From the NCBI GenBank assembly GCA_049968235.1, contig JBMFRC010000005.1, positions 121,444 through 185,443 on the forward strand: a stretch of 64,000 nt of DNA, in the 5' to 3' direction. Shown here piece by piece: positions 1 through 12,101 of the stretch (positions within the stretch are counted from its first letter, which is position 1; each line of letters opens with the position of its first letter). The position numbers and the translations under genes were made by a program. The DNA is from Candidatus Hydrogenedens sp. (GTDB taxonomy: Bacteria > Hydrogenedentota > Hydrogenedentia > Hydrogenedentales > Hydrogenedentaceae). The notes below the pieces were generated by a model. The model saw only the letters and a program-made list of their open reading frames with translations. It made no database searches and was not told where the DNA came from.

Positions 1-2
1 CA

Positions 3-179
3 GAAAAACTTGTTTCGTTATATGATGTGAATCATGACCAGAAAATTTCTGCCCGAGAAAGTGGAATGACAGTTCAAGAATTCCAGCAGTGGGATACCAA
101 TAAAGATGGATATATCACTGCACAGGAAATACAGATGTTATGGTCACATCTCGGACCTTTCAAAGGGCTAAAGGACTAA
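3..179 (+). CDS. 3' end of a gene truncated by the window edge; C-terminal EF-hand / dockerin-like Ca-binding pair
   Basis: Frame-3 translation ends 'DVNHDQKISARE...QEFQQWDTNKDGYITAQEIQMLWSHLGPFKGLKD*'. Two canonical DxNxDGxIxxxE EF-hand loops. Stop at 177-179. Confidence 0.45.
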   Translation, partial: EKLVSLYDVNHDQKISARESGMTVQEFQQWDTNKDGYITAQEIQMLWSHLGPFKGLKD

Positions 180-191
180 AAGGATTGGATT

Positions 192-695
192 ATGAGAGAA
201 ATAGAGTGCTTATGTGAATTATTAGAGGAGCAGGCGGAGCGACAAGAGACTTTAGTATCGGTTTGTCTGGCACAATTACAATCTGGTTTTGAAGGAAATA
301 TCAAATATTTTAATGAGAAAACATCTGCAATGGAGTATCTTGTAAAAGAAACAACTCGTGTTGAATTTGTTCGTCAAGAATTGGTCAAAAAAATATGTCG
401 CAATCTGGGAATAAATATGTCAGATGGGAGAATACGGAATATTGCAGAACAAGTAGAGGAACCCTGGAAATCGCGTATTATTGAAGCATGTGACCGAATA
501 AAAGTGGCAGTGCTTTACTTAAAATCGTGGCTTGGTAAAGCAGTTCCTTTTTATCGCGTTTCGCTGGAATCTGCAAGAAATACCCTTAAAAAGATATATC
601 CTGATTATGAGGAACAAGATAGTTTTTCATATACGGATTTAAATTTAAAGAAATCTGAAATAGCCTTAACCCGTTTTGTTGATGATAGAGGATAA
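192..695 (+). CDS. hypothetical 167-aa protein ending 5 nt before the flgL start; possible flagellar export chaperone (FlgN-like)
   Basis: ORF in track. No recognisable motif. Position directly upstream of flgL and helical acidic composition are the only basis for the FlgN suggestion. Confidence 0.3.
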   Translation: MREIECLCELLEEQAERQETLVSVCLAQLQSGFEGNIKYFNEKTSAMEYLVKETTRVEFVRQELVKKICRNLGINMSDGRIRNIAEQVEEPWKSRIIEACDRIKVAVLYLKSWLGKAVPFYRVSLESARNTLKKIYPDYEEQDSFSYTDLNLKKSEIALTRFVDDRG

Positions 696-699
696 GTTT

Positions 700-1623
700 A
701 TGGGTATTATTCGTGTTACTTCTCGTATGCTTGTGGACAGGACCCTTACAGACCTGGCATATCAAACACGAAGAATACTAAGTTTACAGGAACAACTTTC
801 CTCAGGACAGCGTGTAAATCGTCCTTCCGATGACCCGTTAAATGCTCGTAGGGCTATTTCTGCTCAATCCATGATTGCACAAAATGAACAGTACATAAAA
901 AATATAACAACTATTCGTCCTTATTTAAATGAGACAGAAACGACAATTACAACAACCTTAGATATTGTCCAACGGGCAAGAGAGTTAGCAATACAGGGTA
1001 GAAACACAACCAACGCACAATTACAACGAGACCAGATTGCAACGGAAGTAAATCAATTAATAGAAGCACTACTGAAAGAGGCGAATCATCTAACAAATGG
1101 TAGATATATTTTTGGAGGAACGGTCACAATTTCCGCTCCATTTCAGGAGGCAAGAAATGCTAATGGAGAAATAACATCGGTGGCTTACACCGGTAATAAT
1201 GATTATATTAGCGTGGAGATTATGGAAGGAACGCAGGTTATAACAAATCAAACCGGGAGAGAGGTCTTTCTGTCAACCAGTTCCCAAAGCACAGATATTT
1301 TTCAGACCTTGATTTCACTTCGAGATGACTTGCGTTCTGCAAATTTCACAGGGATAGAACAACGAATTCAACAAGCAAACTATGCTATTTCACAACTCTC
1401 ATTAGCATTGTCAAAGGTAGGTGCGGTTAGTAAGCGATTGGATACAACAGAAGAAAATCTAAGGAATGCAAACATTGAATTTCAGCGGGTTATATCCGAT
1501 AGTATAGATGCAGATCTGGCAGAGGTGGTTGTTAATCTTAATACACAAACTAACGCATATCAAGCAGCACTTAACGCTGCATCGCGTGTTATCCAACCCA
1601 GTTTATTGGATTATTTAAGATAA
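700..1623 (+). CDS. flgL: flagellar hook-associated protein 3 (FlgL)
   Basis: Flagellin-type N-terminus 'LSSGQRVNRPSDDPLNA' and flagellin-type C-terminal helix 'NTQTNAYQAALNAASRVIQPSLLDYL'. Size ~308 aa. Start chosen at ATG 700 with AGAGGA Shine-Dalgarno; track TTG at 676 is alternative. Confidence 0.75.
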   Translation: MGIIRVTSRMLVDRTLTDLAYQTRRILSLQEQLSSGQRVNRPSDDPLNARRAISAQSMIAQNEQYIKNITTIRPYLNETETTITTTLDIVQRARELAIQGRNTTNAQLQRDQIATEVNQLIEALLKEANHLTNGRYIFGGTVTISAPFQEARNANGEITSVAYTGNNDYISVEIMEGTQVITNQTGREVFLSTSSQSTDIFQTLISLRDDLRSANFTGIEQRIQQANYAISQLSLALSKVGAVSKRLDTTEENLRNANIEFQRVISDSIDADLAEVVVNLNTQTNAYQAALNAASRVIQPSLLDYLR

Positions 1624-1755
1624 TATTTGTTATTTTTCTGCTATTGAGGGCTGGAGAATCCCTGTGATGATATTTTTCCCTTTTTCTATAGAGAACAAGC
1701 AAAGTCAATTCCGTTATAATTTATCCGGGTGGTTATTATTTTAAGGAAAAAATTT

Positions 1756-2763
1756 ATGGCAATAGAATGTGTTGCATACTCAAGAGCAGGATTGGTGGGT
1801 AATCCGTCGGATGGTTATTTTGGGAAAACGATAAGTGTTATCATTCGTGATTTTTATGCCAAAGTAAGTCTTTATGAGAGCCCGCAGTTGGAAATTATTC
1901 CAAGTTTTCAGGACCAATCAAAGTATGAATCTATCGAACATCTTACCGAAGATGTCCGATTAAATGGCTATTATGGCGGTATCCGTTTAATGAAGGCAGG
2001 AATTTATAAGTTTTACAAATACTGTCAGGAGCATAACATAAGTCTTCCGCAAAAGAATTTTTCCATTCGCTATCGTTCAACAATACCTCGCCGATTGGGG
2101 TTAGCAGGTTCCAGTGCATTAGTAACCGCTACAATGAAATGCCTGATGGAATTTTATGAGGTTGAGATTCCGAAACCGATACTCCCAAATCTTATATTAA
2201 GTGTAGAAACAGAGGAATTGGGTATTTTTGCGGGATTGCAAGACCGAGTGATACAGGTATATGAGGGATGTGTCTTTATGGATTTCAATAAAGATTTAAT
2301 GGAAAAGCAAGGGTATGGTTATTACGAAGAAATTCCTGTATCGCTGTTACCCAATTTATTCATTGCTTATAGGAAAGAATTATCAGAAGGTTCGGAAGTA
2401 TTTCATAATAATGTTCGGCAACGGTGGCTTGATGGCGACCCGGAGGTGCATCAAGCAATGCATGATTTTGCAGAATATGCACAAACATTTCGGGATTTAC
2501 TCTGGGCAGGTAAAAAGGAGGAGGTGGGAATATGGATGGATAAAAATTTTGACCGCCGGAAAACGATTTATAATCTTGACCCGAGACAGGTTCGATTAGT
2601 AGATGTTGCTCGTGCTGTGGGAGCCCATGCTCAATTTACAGGTTCAGGTGGGGCTATTGTGGGAATTTATAAAGATAATACCATGTATGAACAAATTGTG
2701 AAAGCATTACAAGCAGAAAACGCAGTTGTATTAAAACCTAAAATTGAACCGAATGAATCATAA
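1756..2763 (+). CDS. GHMP-family sugar/small-molecule kinase
   Basis: N-terminal 'RAGLVGNPSDGY' and the GHMP ATP motif 'PRRLGLAGSSALVTA'. Substrate not assignable. Confidence 0.6.
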   Translation: MAIECVAYSRAGLVGNPSDGYFGKTISVIIRDFYAKVSLYESPQLEIIPSFQDQSKYESIEHLTEDVRLNGYYGGIRLMKAGIYKFYKYCQEHNISLPQKNFSIRYRSTIPRRLGLAGSSALVTATMKCLMEFYEVEIPKPILPNLILSVETEELGIFAGLQDRVIQVYEGCVFMDFNKDLMEKQGYGYYEEIPVSLLPNLFIAYRKELSEGSEVFHNNVRQRWLDGDPEVHQAMHDFAEYAQTFRDLLWAGKKEEVGIWMDKNFDRRKTIYNLDPRQVRLVDVARAVGAHAQFTGSGGAIVGIYKDNTMYEQIVKALQAENAVVLKPKIEPNES

Positions 2764-2778
2764 AAGTAAAAACTTATT

Positions 2779-3486
2779 ATGGGCAAACTTTATATCATAG
2801 CAACGCCTATAGGGAACATGGAAGATATAACTTATCGTGCTCTGAGAACACTGAAAGAAGTTGAATTACTTCTTTGTGAAGATACCCGTGTTACTCGCAG
2901 GTTGTATAGTCATTATCAGATACCTTTCCCAACTCGTGTGTGGGCATGTTTTGAAGCACGGGAGCCAAAAATTATTCCCAGCGTTATTGAAGAACTATCC
3001 AGAGGAGTAAAGGTCGGTTTTTGTTCTGATGGAGGTATCCCATGTGTTAGTGACCCGGGGTATAGACTGGTACAATCCGTAATAGAAGCGGGACATGATG
3101 TTGAAGTTATACCGGGGGCAACTGCTGTTGAAACTGCACTTGTTCTATCTGGGCTTCCAACCTCTTCCTATACATTTAAAGGATTTTCACCGCGGAAGGA
3201 AGGTCCTTTGCAACGGTTTTTAGAACAGGAGAAGGATTTACCTCACACCCTGATTTTTTTTGAATCTCCTTATCGGGTTCAGAAATTTTTAGAACAGGCA
3301 ATTCATGTTTTAGGCGACCGTAAATGTGCGGTGTGTTTTGAGATAACCAAGAAATTCGAGCGCATTTACCGAGGTTATATTTCTGAAGTTATGAAGACCT
3401 TAAAGTCAGAAACGATGAAGGGAGAGGTTACAATTGTTATCGCAGGAAATCATCCCAAATTTTCCAGTAAACCAGTTGAATTATAG
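2779..3486 (+). CDS. rsmI: 16S rRNA (cytidine1402-2'-O)-methyltransferase RsmI
   Basis: 'MGKLYIIATPIGNMEDITYRALRTLKEVELLLCEDTR' is the conserved RsmI/tetrapyrrole-methylase N-terminus. 235 aa. Confidence 0.85.
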   Translation: MGKLYIIATPIGNMEDITYRALRTLKEVELLLCEDTRVTRRLYSHYQIPFPTRVWACFEAREPKIIPSVIEELSRGVKVGFCSDGGIPCVSDPGYRLVQSVIEAGHDVEVIPGATAVETALVLSGLPTSSYTFKGFSPRKEGPLQRFLEQEKDLPHTLIFFESPYRVQKFLEQAIHVLGDRKCAVCFEITKKFERIYRGYISEVMKTLKSETMKGEVTIVIAGNHPKFSSKPVEL

Positions 3487-3595
3487 AAAAATATTTGGTA
3501 AAATATAAAGGTAATTGTATTTTTATAAAAACAGGAGATGAGTATAATAAAAAAATGTTAAATATTAACGAGGTTAAGATAGGGGGAAAGGGGAT

Positions 3596-3624
3596 TTGCA
3601 TTTTGGCTTTAAAATTGCTATAAT
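3596..3624 (+). promoter_or_regulatory. sigma-70-like promoter TTGCAT-N17-TATAAT upstream of rpoB
   Basis: ttgcat at 3596-3601, 17-nt spacer, tataat at 3619-3624. About 140 nt upstream of the rpoB ATG. Confidence 0.35.
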
Positions 3625-3767
3625 TATTCCTCTAAAAATATAGACCTTATGATTTTGAACATAAGTATCGGTAAAAGCATGAATTATCTTTGCACCAGTA
3701 AGAATCAGGATAGGTATAAGTGTCACTTCTCATAAATTTTCCGGAACCCTATATAAGGAGTTATTGA

Positions 3768-6700
3768 ATGGCTGTGGCTCCCCGAACAGAACGTATTTCA
3801 TTATCCCGAGCACCTGAGGATTTATCTCATCTGCCCAATCTCATCGAAATTCAGACCAAATCGTTTGCGGATTTTTTGCAATGGGAGATTCCTCCCCATG
3901 AACGGCAAAATAAAGGACTGCAAGCGGTTCTTAACGAGTATTTCCCTATTGAGTCGCCTAATGGTTTGACGAAATTAGAGTTTGTGTCATACAACATTAT
4001 CCCTCCAAAATATACAATTGAAGAGTGTCAAAATTTAGGATTGACTTATAGTGGCACATTAAAAGCTACAATGAGACTTACAACATATGAAGAATCCCTC
4101 AAAGGTGAAAAGGAAGAGAAGCAGGTTCTTGAACAAGAGGTTTTTATAGCAGAAGTTCCATTAATGACACCCACAGGAACCTTTATTATTAATGGAGCGG
4201 AACGCGTTATTGTAAGTCAATTACATAAATCTCCGGGGGTTTCTTTTGAAAAAAAACAGCATCAAGGAGGAAAATACCTTTTATCTGCCCGAATTATTCC
4301 CTATCATGGAGCGTGGATAGAATTTGAATATGATATTAATGATGTGTTGTGGATTATTGTGGACCGCCGGGTGCGAATGCTGGCAACAACATTCTTAAAG
4401 GCTTTAGGATATGTTGAGCCGGATGAAATTCTGAAGATGTTTTATAGGATGGACCGTGTTCAGATAAAACGGAGTAAGGCATGTATCTTCCAGAAACAGA
4501 GGGTAAAGCGTGGAGGTAAAGAAACGGAGAAAGAAGTAGAGACCCGTGTAGAGGTGAAAGAACTTGTAGGCAATTGGCTTGCCATGGATATAATAGACCC
4601 TGAAACCGGTGAAGTTATTGCAGATGCCTCATCACAAATTACAACTGCGGTATTAAATGCAATTCTTCGTTCTCCTATTCGAGAGTTTTATATCTTAAAT
4701 AAGCAGGATGTGCTGAGTGATATAAGTATTGCTCAAACATTGAATATGGATCAGGCTCAAACGCAAGAAGAGGCGCTTCGTGAGATTTATATTCGTATGA
4801 GACCAGGAGACCCGACCAATGATGCTCAATGTCGGAAGCATTTTGAAAGCCTATTTTTTGACCCGGCTCGTTATGATTTTGCATCCGTAGGCAGGTATAA
4901 AATTAACAGAAAATTAGGGTTACAGATTTCACAGAAACAGCGGACTTTGACAAAGGAAGATATCCTTGAAACCCTTAAATATTTAGTGAAATTACATCGA
5001 GGCGAAGGGACTCTGGATGATATTGACCATTTAGGTAATCGCCGTGTAAGGACAGTGGGTGAACAATTAATGAATCAATTCCGAATTGGTATGGCGCGGA
5101 TGGAGAAAACAATCCGCGAACGAATGAATTACCGTTCTGAAGACCAGGAATATACCCCACAATCACTTATCAATTCGAAGCCGGTGGGAATGGTGTTGAA
5201 GGAATTTTTCGGAAGGAGTCAGTTATCCCATTTTATGGACCAAATCAATCCTTTATCCGAACTAACTCATAAACGACGATTAAGTGCATTGGGACCTGGT
5301 GGATTAAATCGTGACCGTGCTGGTTTCGAGGTCCGCGATGTTCATCCGACCCATTATGGTCGAATCTGCCCGATAGAAACACCTGAAGGACCGAATATCG
5401 GATTAATGGCTTCGATGGCAACATATGCACGAATAAATGAATATGGTTTTCTTGAAACGCCCTATCGTAAGGTGGAAAATGGAAGAGTCACGGATGAAAT
5501 TGTTTACCTGACCGCTTATGATGAAGATAATTATAAAATTGCTCAGGCAAATGAACCTCTGGATAATAAAGGGAAGTTTACAAATCATTTGGTACTTTGC
5601 CGACATAAAGGGGACTTCCCAATGGTTCCACCGGAAGAGGTGGATTTTATGGATGTGTCTCCCAAGCAAATTGTAAGTGCGGCTGCCGCATTAGTCCCAT
5701 TTCTGGAACACGATGATGCAAACCGTGCCTTGATGGGTTCTAATATGCAACGGCAGGCAGTTCCTTTATTAAAAGCGGAACAACCTCTTGTAGGAACCGG
5801 TCTGGAAAAAATCTGTGCAATAAATTCAGGAACTGCCGTTCGGGCTGAACGGTCTGGAATTGTAGAATATGCGGATAGCGAAGTGATTCGTATACGTATC
5901 GACAGTGCAAAAACAGATAATCCATTTAAGTTGGAAGAAGATGTATATCACTTAAAGAAATTTACGCGTTCCAATCAAAGTACCTGCATTAATCAAAAGC
6001 CTATTGTCCAGAAAGGGGATAGGGTAAGTGCAGGAGATATAATTGCAGATGGACCGGGTATGTGTGATGGAGAAATGGCATTAGGTAGAAATGTTTTAGT
6101 TGCGTTTCTACCGTGGGAAGGATATAACTTTGAAGATGCTATTATCCTGAGTGAAGAATTGATTAAAGATGATGTCTTTACCTCTATTCAGGTGGAAGTA
6201 TTTGAGATTGAAGCACGAGATACAAAATTAGGACCGGAAGAAATTACTCCTGATATTCCGAATGAAGGGGAAGAGACCCTGAAAAATCTTGATGAGAATG
6301 GAATTATTCATATTGGCTCAAAAGTTAAGCCGGGAGATATTCTTGTCGGTAAAGTAACACCAAAAGGTGAACAGGAACTGGCACCGGAAGAAAAATTATT
6401 AATTGCTATATTCGGAGAAAAAGCAGAGGATGTACGAAATGCCTCTTTATATGTTCCTCCCGGTACAGAAGGAATAGTTGTGGATGTAAAGGTATCCAGT
6501 CGTCGCAATAAATCTATAGATAAACAAACCAAAGCGAGAATTACCCGAGAAGCAGAACGTATTAAGCAAGAATATGCTGGGCGGATAGAGAAAATTCGAA
6601 AAACTTTTGTGGATTTAGTTCGCGATGATATGTTGGGGCAAAGAATAACGGAAGATGTTTTCGATTATACAACAAATGCCTATGTGCTTGAAAAAGGCAA

Positions 6701-7679
6701 ATCAGTAAGACCATCACACTTAAAGGATTTGGAGTATTCCATATTAGGACGGTTGAAAATTGAAGACAGGAAAATCCAATCGCGGTTTACAAAATTAGTG
6801 AATCAGGCAGCGTTAGAAGAACAAAAACTATTGTCATTCCGTGAGAAAGATTTGGAACGGTTGAGAGAAGGAGATGAATTACCTCCGGGTGTAAATAAGG
6901 TTGTGAAGGTTTATATCGCAACCAAGCGAAAAATGTCTGTTGGTGATAAAATGGCAGGACGCCATGGAAATAAAGGTGTTGTAGCGAAAATTGTTCCTGT
7001 GGAAGATATGCCATTCCTCCCGGATGGAACGCCTATCCAGATTATCTTAAATCCTCTCGGTGTCCCTTCACGAATGAATGTGGGACAAATTTTAGAAACG
7101 CATTTAGGCTGGGCGTTGAAAGTGCTTGGGTTGAAAGTAGCCTCTCCTGTATTTAACGGACCGAAAGAAGAGACAATTATAGATTATTTGAAGAAGGCAG
7201 GACTTCCCACAAATGGCAAGATAAAACTTCGTGACGGAAAGACGGGTGAAGAATTTCATCATGAGACCTGTGTGGGTTATATCTATATGATGAAATTAAA
7301 TCACATGGTAGATGATAAGATACATGCGCGTGCTATCGGTCCTTATTCCTTAGTAACACAACAGCCATTAGGTGGTAAAGCCAATTCAGGAGGACAGCGA
7401 TTTGGAGAAATGGAAGTCTGGGCATTAGAGGCGTATGGTGCGGCATATACTCTTCAAGAGATGCTTACGATAAAATCGGATGATATTCAAGGCAGAACCA
7501 AGATTTACGATGCTATCGTAAAAGGGCATTACGAGGTTGAACCCTCTGTACCAGAATCCTTTAATGTAATAATCCGTGAAATGCAGAGTTTATGTCTTGA
7601 TGTAATAAAACTTGCGAAAGTTGAAACAGCAATAGATACAGAAGAAAAAGAAGACGAGGAGGATATATACATTGGCTAA
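3768..7679 (+). CDS. rpoB: DNA-directed RNA polymerase subunit beta
   Basis: 1303 aa. Hallmark motifs '[15 protein letters not shown]'-like, 'NMQRQAVPL', '[13 protein letters not shown]', '[11 protein letters not shown]'. AAGGAG RBS at 3754. Confidence 0.97.
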   Translation: MAVAPRTERISLSRAPEDLSHLPNLIEIQTKSFADFLQWEIPPHERQNKGLQAVLNEYFPIESPNGLTKLEFVSYNIIPPKYTIEECQNLGLTYSGTLKATMRLTTYEESLKGEKEEKQVLEQEVFIAEVPLMTPTGTFIINGAERVIVSQLHKSPGVSFEKKQHQGGKYLLSARIIPYHGAWIEFEYDINDVLWIIVDRRVRMLATTFLKALGYVEPDEILKMFYRMDRVQIKRSKACIFQKQRVKRGGKETEKEVETRVEVKELVGNWLAMDIIDPETGEVIADASSQITTAVLNAILRSPIREFYILNKQDVLSDISIAQTLNMDQAQTQEEALREIYIRMRPGDPTNDAQCRKHFESLFFDPARYDFASVGRYKINRKLGLQISQKQRTLTKEDILETLKYLVKLHRGEGTLDDIDHLGNRRVRTVGEQLMNQFRIGMARMEKTIRERMNYRSEDQEYTPQSLINSKPVGMVLKEFFGRSQLSHFMDQINPLSELTHKRRLSALGPGGLNRDRAGFEVRDVHPTHYGRICPIETPEGPNIGLMASMATYARINEYGFLETPYRKVENGRVTDEIVYLTAYDEDNYKIAQANEPLDNKGKFTNHLVLCRHKGDFPMVPPEEVDFMDVSPKQIVSAAAALVPFLEHDDANRALMGSNMQRQAVPLLKAEQPLVGTGLEKICAINSGTAVRAERSGIVEYADSEVIRIRIDSAKTDNPFKLEEDVYHLKKFTRSNQSTCINQKPIVQKGDRVSAGDIIADGPGMCDGEMALGRNVLVAFLPWEGYNFEDAIILSEELIKDDVFTSIQVEVFEIEARDTKLGPEEITPDIPNEGEETLKNLDENGIIHIGSKVKPGDILVGKVTPKGEQELAPEEKLLIAIFGEKAEDVRNASLYVPPGTEGIVVDVKVSSRRNKSIDKQTKARITREAERIKQEYAGRIEKIRKTFVDLVRDDMLGQRITEDVFDYTTNAYVLEKGKSVRPSHLKDLEYSILGRLKIEDRKIQSRFTKLVNQAALEEQKLLSFREKDLERLREGDELPPGVNKVVKVYIATKRKMSVGDKMAGRHGNKGVVAKIVPVEDMPFLPDGTPIQIILNPLGVPSRMNVGQILETHLGWALKVLGLKVASPVFNGPKEETIIDYLKKAGLPTNGKIKLRDGKTGEEFHHETCVGYIYMMKLNHMVDDKIHARAIGPYSLVTQQPLGGKANSGGQRFGEMEVWALEAYGAAYTLQEMLTIKSDDIQGRTKIYDAIVKGHYEVEPSVPESFNVIIREMQSLCLDVIKLAKVETAIDTEEKEDEEDIYIG

Positions 7680-10600
7680 ATATGTACCTACCACATCAGA
7701 CCGATTTGATGCACTTCAAATTCGGATTGCTTCTCCCGAAGAAATAATGAAATGGTCAAGGGGAGAAGTAAAAAAGCCTGAAACGCTGAACTATCGGACT
7801 TTTAAGCCAGAGAAAGACGGTCTCTTCTGCGAGAAGATATTTGGTCCCACAAAGGACTGGGAATGCGGTTGTGGTAAGTATAAGAAAATAAAACATCGGG
7901 GTATTGTTTGTGATAAATGCGGTGTTGAAATTACTGAGGCTAAAGTGCGACGGGAACGAATGGGTTCAATTCGTCTTGCTGCACCTGTTGCCCATATCTG
8001 GTTCTTTAAGAATAATCCCTCGTGTATGGGTAACCTTCTGGATATGCCTGTCCGCAGTCTGGAACGGGTTATTTATTATGAAAGTTATATTGTAATAGAC
8101 CCCGGCACAACTCGTCTGGAAAAGATGCAGATTTTATCGGAAGATGAATATCAGGATGCAGTGGAAGAATTTGGTTCTAACACATTCAAAGCGAAGATGG
8201 GTGCAGAAGCGATAAAGATTTTATTAGAAGAGATAAATTTGGATGCGTTATCATCGGAACTTCGTGAACAATTTGCAAATTCTACATCAGCACAAACTCG
8301 TTCAAAAGCAATCAAACGATTACAAATAGTAGAAGCATTTCGCAAATCAGGGAATCAACCATCATGGATGATTCTGGATGTAATCCCTGTTTTGCCCCCC
8401 GATTTAAGACCCCTTGTCCCACTGGATGGAGGACGATATGCCACCAGTGATTTAAATGACCTTTATCGGCGTGTGTTAAACCGCAATAACCGTCTCAAGA
8501 AAATCATGGAAATTCGCACACCGGAGATTATTGTCCGTAATGAGAAACGGATGCTTCAAGAGGCGGTAGATGCTCTATTTGATAATGGAAGGCATGGTAG
8601 AGCGGTAGTAGGTACCAACTTGCGACCTTTGAAATCTTTAAGCGATTTCATCAAAGGGAAACAGGGACGTTTCCGTCAGAATTTATTAGGTAAGCGTGTG
8701 GATTATTCCGGTCGTTCCGTTATCGTTGTGGGTCCGGAGTTAAAACTCAATCAATGTGGCTTACCCAAACGCATGGCTCTGGCTCTGTTCGAACCGTTTG
8801 TTATTAGTCGTCTTCAGGAAAAAGGAACTGCTATAACAATTAAAGCGGCACGAAAAATGATACAACAAGAGAGACCAGAGGTATGGGATGTGATAGAAGA
8901 AGTAATCAAAGACCATCCTGTGCTTCTGAACCGTGCCCCAACGCTACACCGACTGGGAATTCAGGCATTCCAACCAATTTTGATAGAAGGAAATGCTATC
9001 CGCATACATCCCCTGGTGTGTAGAGCATACAATGCAGACTTTGATGGGGACCAGATGGCAGTGCATGTGCCTTTAACCCCCGCAGCGCAATTAGAGGCGC
9101 ATCTCTTAATGATGGGTTCATCCAATATTTTTTCGCCGTCCGATGGTTCTCCTATCGTTACACCCAGTCAGGATATTGTTCTGGGTATTGCATGGTTATC
9201 CCGTTCTCGTCCCGGAGCAAAAGGGGAATGGAAAGAAGAGTGGAAAACAGTGCAAGGGGAAGTTCTTTGTAATGCAGGGAAAATATATCCGGACAAAGAA
9301 TCTGTCCTGTTAGCATATCACTTTGGGCATGTGGATATTCATGCAAGAATAAAAATCCACACTCAGGGTAAAATAGTGGATACAACCGTAGGTAGGGTTA
9401 TTCTTTGGGATGCACTACCTCCTGAAATTCAATTGGAAGATGTAAATATAGAACATAACCAATCCACAATTGGTAAGGTTATTGCGGATTGTTATAAAAG
9501 ATTTGGACATCGCAAGACAGTAGAATTGCTGGATTGTTTGAAGAATGTCGGGTTTAAATATGCTACGAAGTCAGGACTTTCTATCGCAATAGAAGATATG
9601 ACCATTCCGCCGGATAAAGAAAAGATATTAGCCCGTGCACGTAAACAAGTGGAGAATATCGAACAACAATATCAGCATGGCTTGTTGACACAGAGAGAAC
9701 GAACCAACAAAATTATTGAGGAATGGAAACGGGCGACGGATGAGGTATCTACGGTAATGTTAACCACCCTTGAACAGAAAGAACAGGGCTTTACCGGTTT
9801 GTATTTAATGTATACATCAAAAGCGAGAGGTAGTAAGGACCAGATTCGACAGTTAGCGGGTATGCGTGGTGTAATGGCAAAACCATCAGGTGATGTTATC
9901 GAAACGCCGATTACTTCCAATTTCAGGGAAGGACTTAGTGTGCTGGAATATTTCATTTCTGCTCATGGTGCTCGCAAGGGTCTGGCAGATACCGCATTAA
10001 AGACGGCGGATGCGGGATATCTTACGCGACGACTGGTAGATGTTGCTCAGGATGTAACTATAGAAGAGTATGATTGCGGAACAATGAACGGTGTGTATGT
10101 CGAACCATTAACATCCGGTCCCGATATTGTTACTTCGTTAGATGAGCGAATTGTAGGAAGATATGCTCTGGACGATATTATTGTTCCGGGATATTCCGAG
10201 CCTGTTGTTCGTGCGAACGAAGAGATTACAGAAGAAAAAGCGAAGGTGATAATGGAATCCGGTTTACCGGGTATTTATGTGCGTTCCGTGCTTACATGTC
10301 AGTCAAAAAGAGGTGTATGTGCCTTATGTTATGGTAGAAATCTTGCAACAGGTAGATTGGTTGAATTGGGTGAAGCGGTCGGTATCATTGCTGCACAGGC
10401 TATCGGAGAACCCGGTACGCAGTTGACCATGAGAACTTTCCACATCGGAGGTGCGGCAAGTCTACAGTTGGAAAATCCTGAAATTCGTATCCCGGAAAGT
10501 GGTAAGGTTATATTCAACAATATTAGAACCGATAAGAACCGTAAAGGGGAAACTGTTATCTTAAATCGTGGCGGAGAAATTCGTGTTCTCAATGATGAAG

Positions 10601-11808
10601 GGAAAGAGATTATTCGTTTTGCTCCGGCTATGGGCTCTGTTCTCTTTTGTGAAGATGGGCAGAAATTGAAGAGAGGTGCCTTATTGTATAAATGGGACCC
10701 CTACAACCAGGTTATTGTGGCGGAACGTTCCGGTAAAGTTAAATTGGAAGGTGTTGTAGAAGGTGTTACCATGCAGGTGGAGATAAATCCAGAAACGCGA
10801 CTGGAAGAGCGTGTTATTTCAGAACATAAACATGATTTACATCCGCAGGTGCTCATTGTAAGTGAACATAACGAAGTATTAGCCTTTGCTCCGTTACCTC
10901 CCGAGACGCATTTGATGATAAAGGACGGAGATAAAGTCGAAGCGGGAGATATTCTTGCTAAGACACCTCGTAAATTAGGTAAAACAAAGGATATTGTAGG
11001 TGGTCTACCTCGTGTAGCGGAATTATTTGAAGCCCGCGTTCCTAAAAATCCTGCTATTATCAGTCATATTGATGGTATAGTAGAAATTGGTGGTTCTTTC
11101 AAGGGTATGCGTAAGGTAAAAGTTGTCCCGAAGATTGGTAAAGAGCGTGAATATACTATTCCGCCCGGTAAACACCTTTATGTGCAACAAGGAGACCGTG
11201 TATATGCGGGACAACAATTAACCGATGGACCCATTATTCTTGAAGATATTCTCGAAATCAAGGGAGAAGAAGCGGTTCGCAAATATATCCTGGACGAAAT
11301 TCAAAGAGTATACCGTGCACAGGGTGTGCGAACCAATGATAAACATCTCGAAATTATAATTCGGCAGATGCTCCGTAAAGTGCGTATTAAAGAGAACACC
11401 GGCGATTCCCCCTTTGTTGCCCATGAAATCGTTGACCGTTCTAAATTTGAGGAGATTAATGAAAAAATTATTCGCCGTGGAGGGAAACCGGCAGAGGCAG
11501 AACCCATATTGCAGGGAATAAGTAAATCTGCATTAAGCACAGAGAGTTTTATTGCAGCTGCATCTTTCCAGCATACAACACGTGTTTTGACCGATGCAGC
11601 CATTCGTGGAAAGCGAGACCATCTCCGTGGATTGAAAGAGAATGTCATCATAGGACATCTCATTCCAGCGGGAACAGGTAGTCGCTTCTATCAAAAATCA
11701 GAACCCGTTTTAGCAAGTATTTCCGAAAAAGAATTAGAAGAACATCTGGAAATACAAACCGAAGAAAAAGAAAACTATTTGGATATGGAAGAATACAAGA
11801 CGGAATAA
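7672..11808 (+). CDS. rpoC: DNA-directed RNA polymerase subunit beta'
   Basis: 1378 aa. Zn-finger '[23 protein letters not shown]', catalytic '[14 protein letters not shown]'. TTG start overlapping rpoB stop. Confidence 0.97.
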   Translation: MAKYVPTTSDRFDALQIRIASPEEIMKWSRGEVKKPETLNYRTFKPEKDGLFCEKIFGPTKDWECGCGKYKKIKHRGIVCDKCGVEITEAKVRRERMGSIRLAAPVAHIWFFKNNPSCMGNLLDMPVRSLERVIYYESYIVIDPGTTRLEKMQILSEDEYQDAVEEFGSNTFKAKMGAEAIKILLEEINLDALSSELREQFANSTSAQTRSKAIKRLQIVEAFRKSGNQPSWMILDVIPVLPPDLRPLVPLDGGRYATSDLNDLYRRVLNRNNRLKKIMEIRTPEIIVRNEKRMLQEAVDALFDNGRHGRAVVGTNLRPLKSLSDFIKGKQGRFRQNLLGKRVDYSGRSVIVVGPELKLNQCGLPKRMALALFEPFVISRLQEKGTAITIKAARKMIQQERPEVWDVIEEVIKDHPVLLNRAPTLHRLGIQAFQPILIEGNAIRIHPLVCRAYNADFDGDQMAVHVPLTPAAQLEAHLLMMGSSNIFSPSDGSPIVTPSQDIVLGIAWLSRSRPGAKGEWKEEWKTVQGEVLCNAGKIYPDKESVLLAYHFGHVDIHARIKIHTQGKIVDTTVGRVILWDALPPEIQLEDVNIEHNQSTIGKVIADCYKRFGHRKTVELLDCLKNVGFKYATKSGLSIAIEDMTIPPDKEKILARARKQVENIEQQYQHGLLTQRERTNKIIEEWKRATDEVSTVMLTTLEQKEQGFTGLYLMYTSKARGSKDQIRQLAGMRGVMAKPSGDVIETPITSNFREGLSVLEYFISAHGARKGLADTALKTADAGYLTRRLVDVAQDVTIEEYDCGTMNGVYVEPLTSGPDIVTSLDERIVGRYALDDIIVPGYSEPVVRANEEITEEKAKVIMESGLPGIYVRSVLTCQSKRGVCALCYGRNLATGRLVELGEAVGIIAAQAIGEPGTQLTMRTFHIGGAASLQLENPEIRIPESGKVIFNNIRTDKNRKGETVILNRGGEIRVLNDEGKEIIRFAPAMGSVLFCEDGQKLKRGALLYKWDPYNQVIVAERSGKVKLEGVVEGVTMQVEINPETRLEERVISEHKHDLHPQVLIVSEHNEVLAFAPLPPETHLMIKDGDKVEAGDILAKTPRKLGKTKDIVGGLPRVAELFEARVPKNPAIISHIDGIVEIGGSFKGMRKVKVVPKIGKEREYTIPPGKHLYVQQGDRVYAGQQLTDGPIILEDILEIKGEEAVRKYILDEIQRVYRAQGVRTNDKHLEIIIRQMLRKVRIKENTGDSPFVAHEIVDRSKFEEINEKIIRRGGKPAEAEPILQGISKSALSTESFIAAASFQHTTRVLTDAAIRGKRDHLRGLKENVIIGHLIPAGTGSRFYQKSEPVLASISEKELEEHLEIQTEEKENYLDMEEYKTE

Positions 11809-11850
11809 GGTTCACGCCATTAGAAAAATAGTAATAAAAATAGTATAATA

Positions 11851-11888
11851 GGGAAGATAAATATAATGTTTATCTTCCCTATTTTAGT
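11851..11888 (+). terminator. rho-independent terminator after rpoC
   Basis: Perfect 11-bp stem gggaagataaa / tttatcttccc with 7-nt loop (11851-11879), followed by T-rich 'tattttagtat'. Confidence 0.6.
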
Positions 11889-11912
11889 ATAATCAATATA
11901 AAGGGTATTGAG

Positions 11913-12071
11913 ATGAAACATATAAAACCTATTTCTGCAAGAACAAAAGAACTGGATTGGGGGCTAAATTCCGGCCTGGGTGGTATTATGGTCATTATTC
12001 AAGCAATAATTTCATTATTGAATGCTATCGGTTCGATAAAAGGAACAGGTTCAGAAACAACGAACAATTAA
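11913..12071 (+). CDS. unannotated small ORF, 52-aa predicted single-pass membrane protein
   Basis: ATG 11913 ... TAA 12069-71. Translation MKHIKPISARTKELDWGLNSGLGGIMVIIQAIISLLNAIGSIKGTGSETTNN has a hydrophobic core. Below the 60-aa cut-off of the ORF track. Weak RBS. Confidence 0.25.
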   Translation: MKHIKPISARTKELDWGLNSGLGGIMVIIQAIISLLNAIGSIKGTGSETTNN

Positions 12072-12101
12072 AAAATTACATAACGAAAAGAGGAAAATTG
12101 T

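Noticed and set aside
238-262. TGGCAC-N5-CAATC resembling a sigma-54 -24/-12 element
   Set aside because: The -12 element is not TTGC, and it lies inside a coding region.
1624-1728. Possible terminator hairpin after flgL (AGGGCTGGAGAATCCCT)
   Set aside because: Stem only 4-5 bp with mismatches and no convincing T-tract.
4675-11663. Numerous 60-120-aa minus-strand ORFs inside rpoB/rpoC (e.g. 4675-4884, 5403-5669, 11301-11663)
   Set aside because: Antisense to highly conserved genes, no RBS, low-complexity translations. Spurious.
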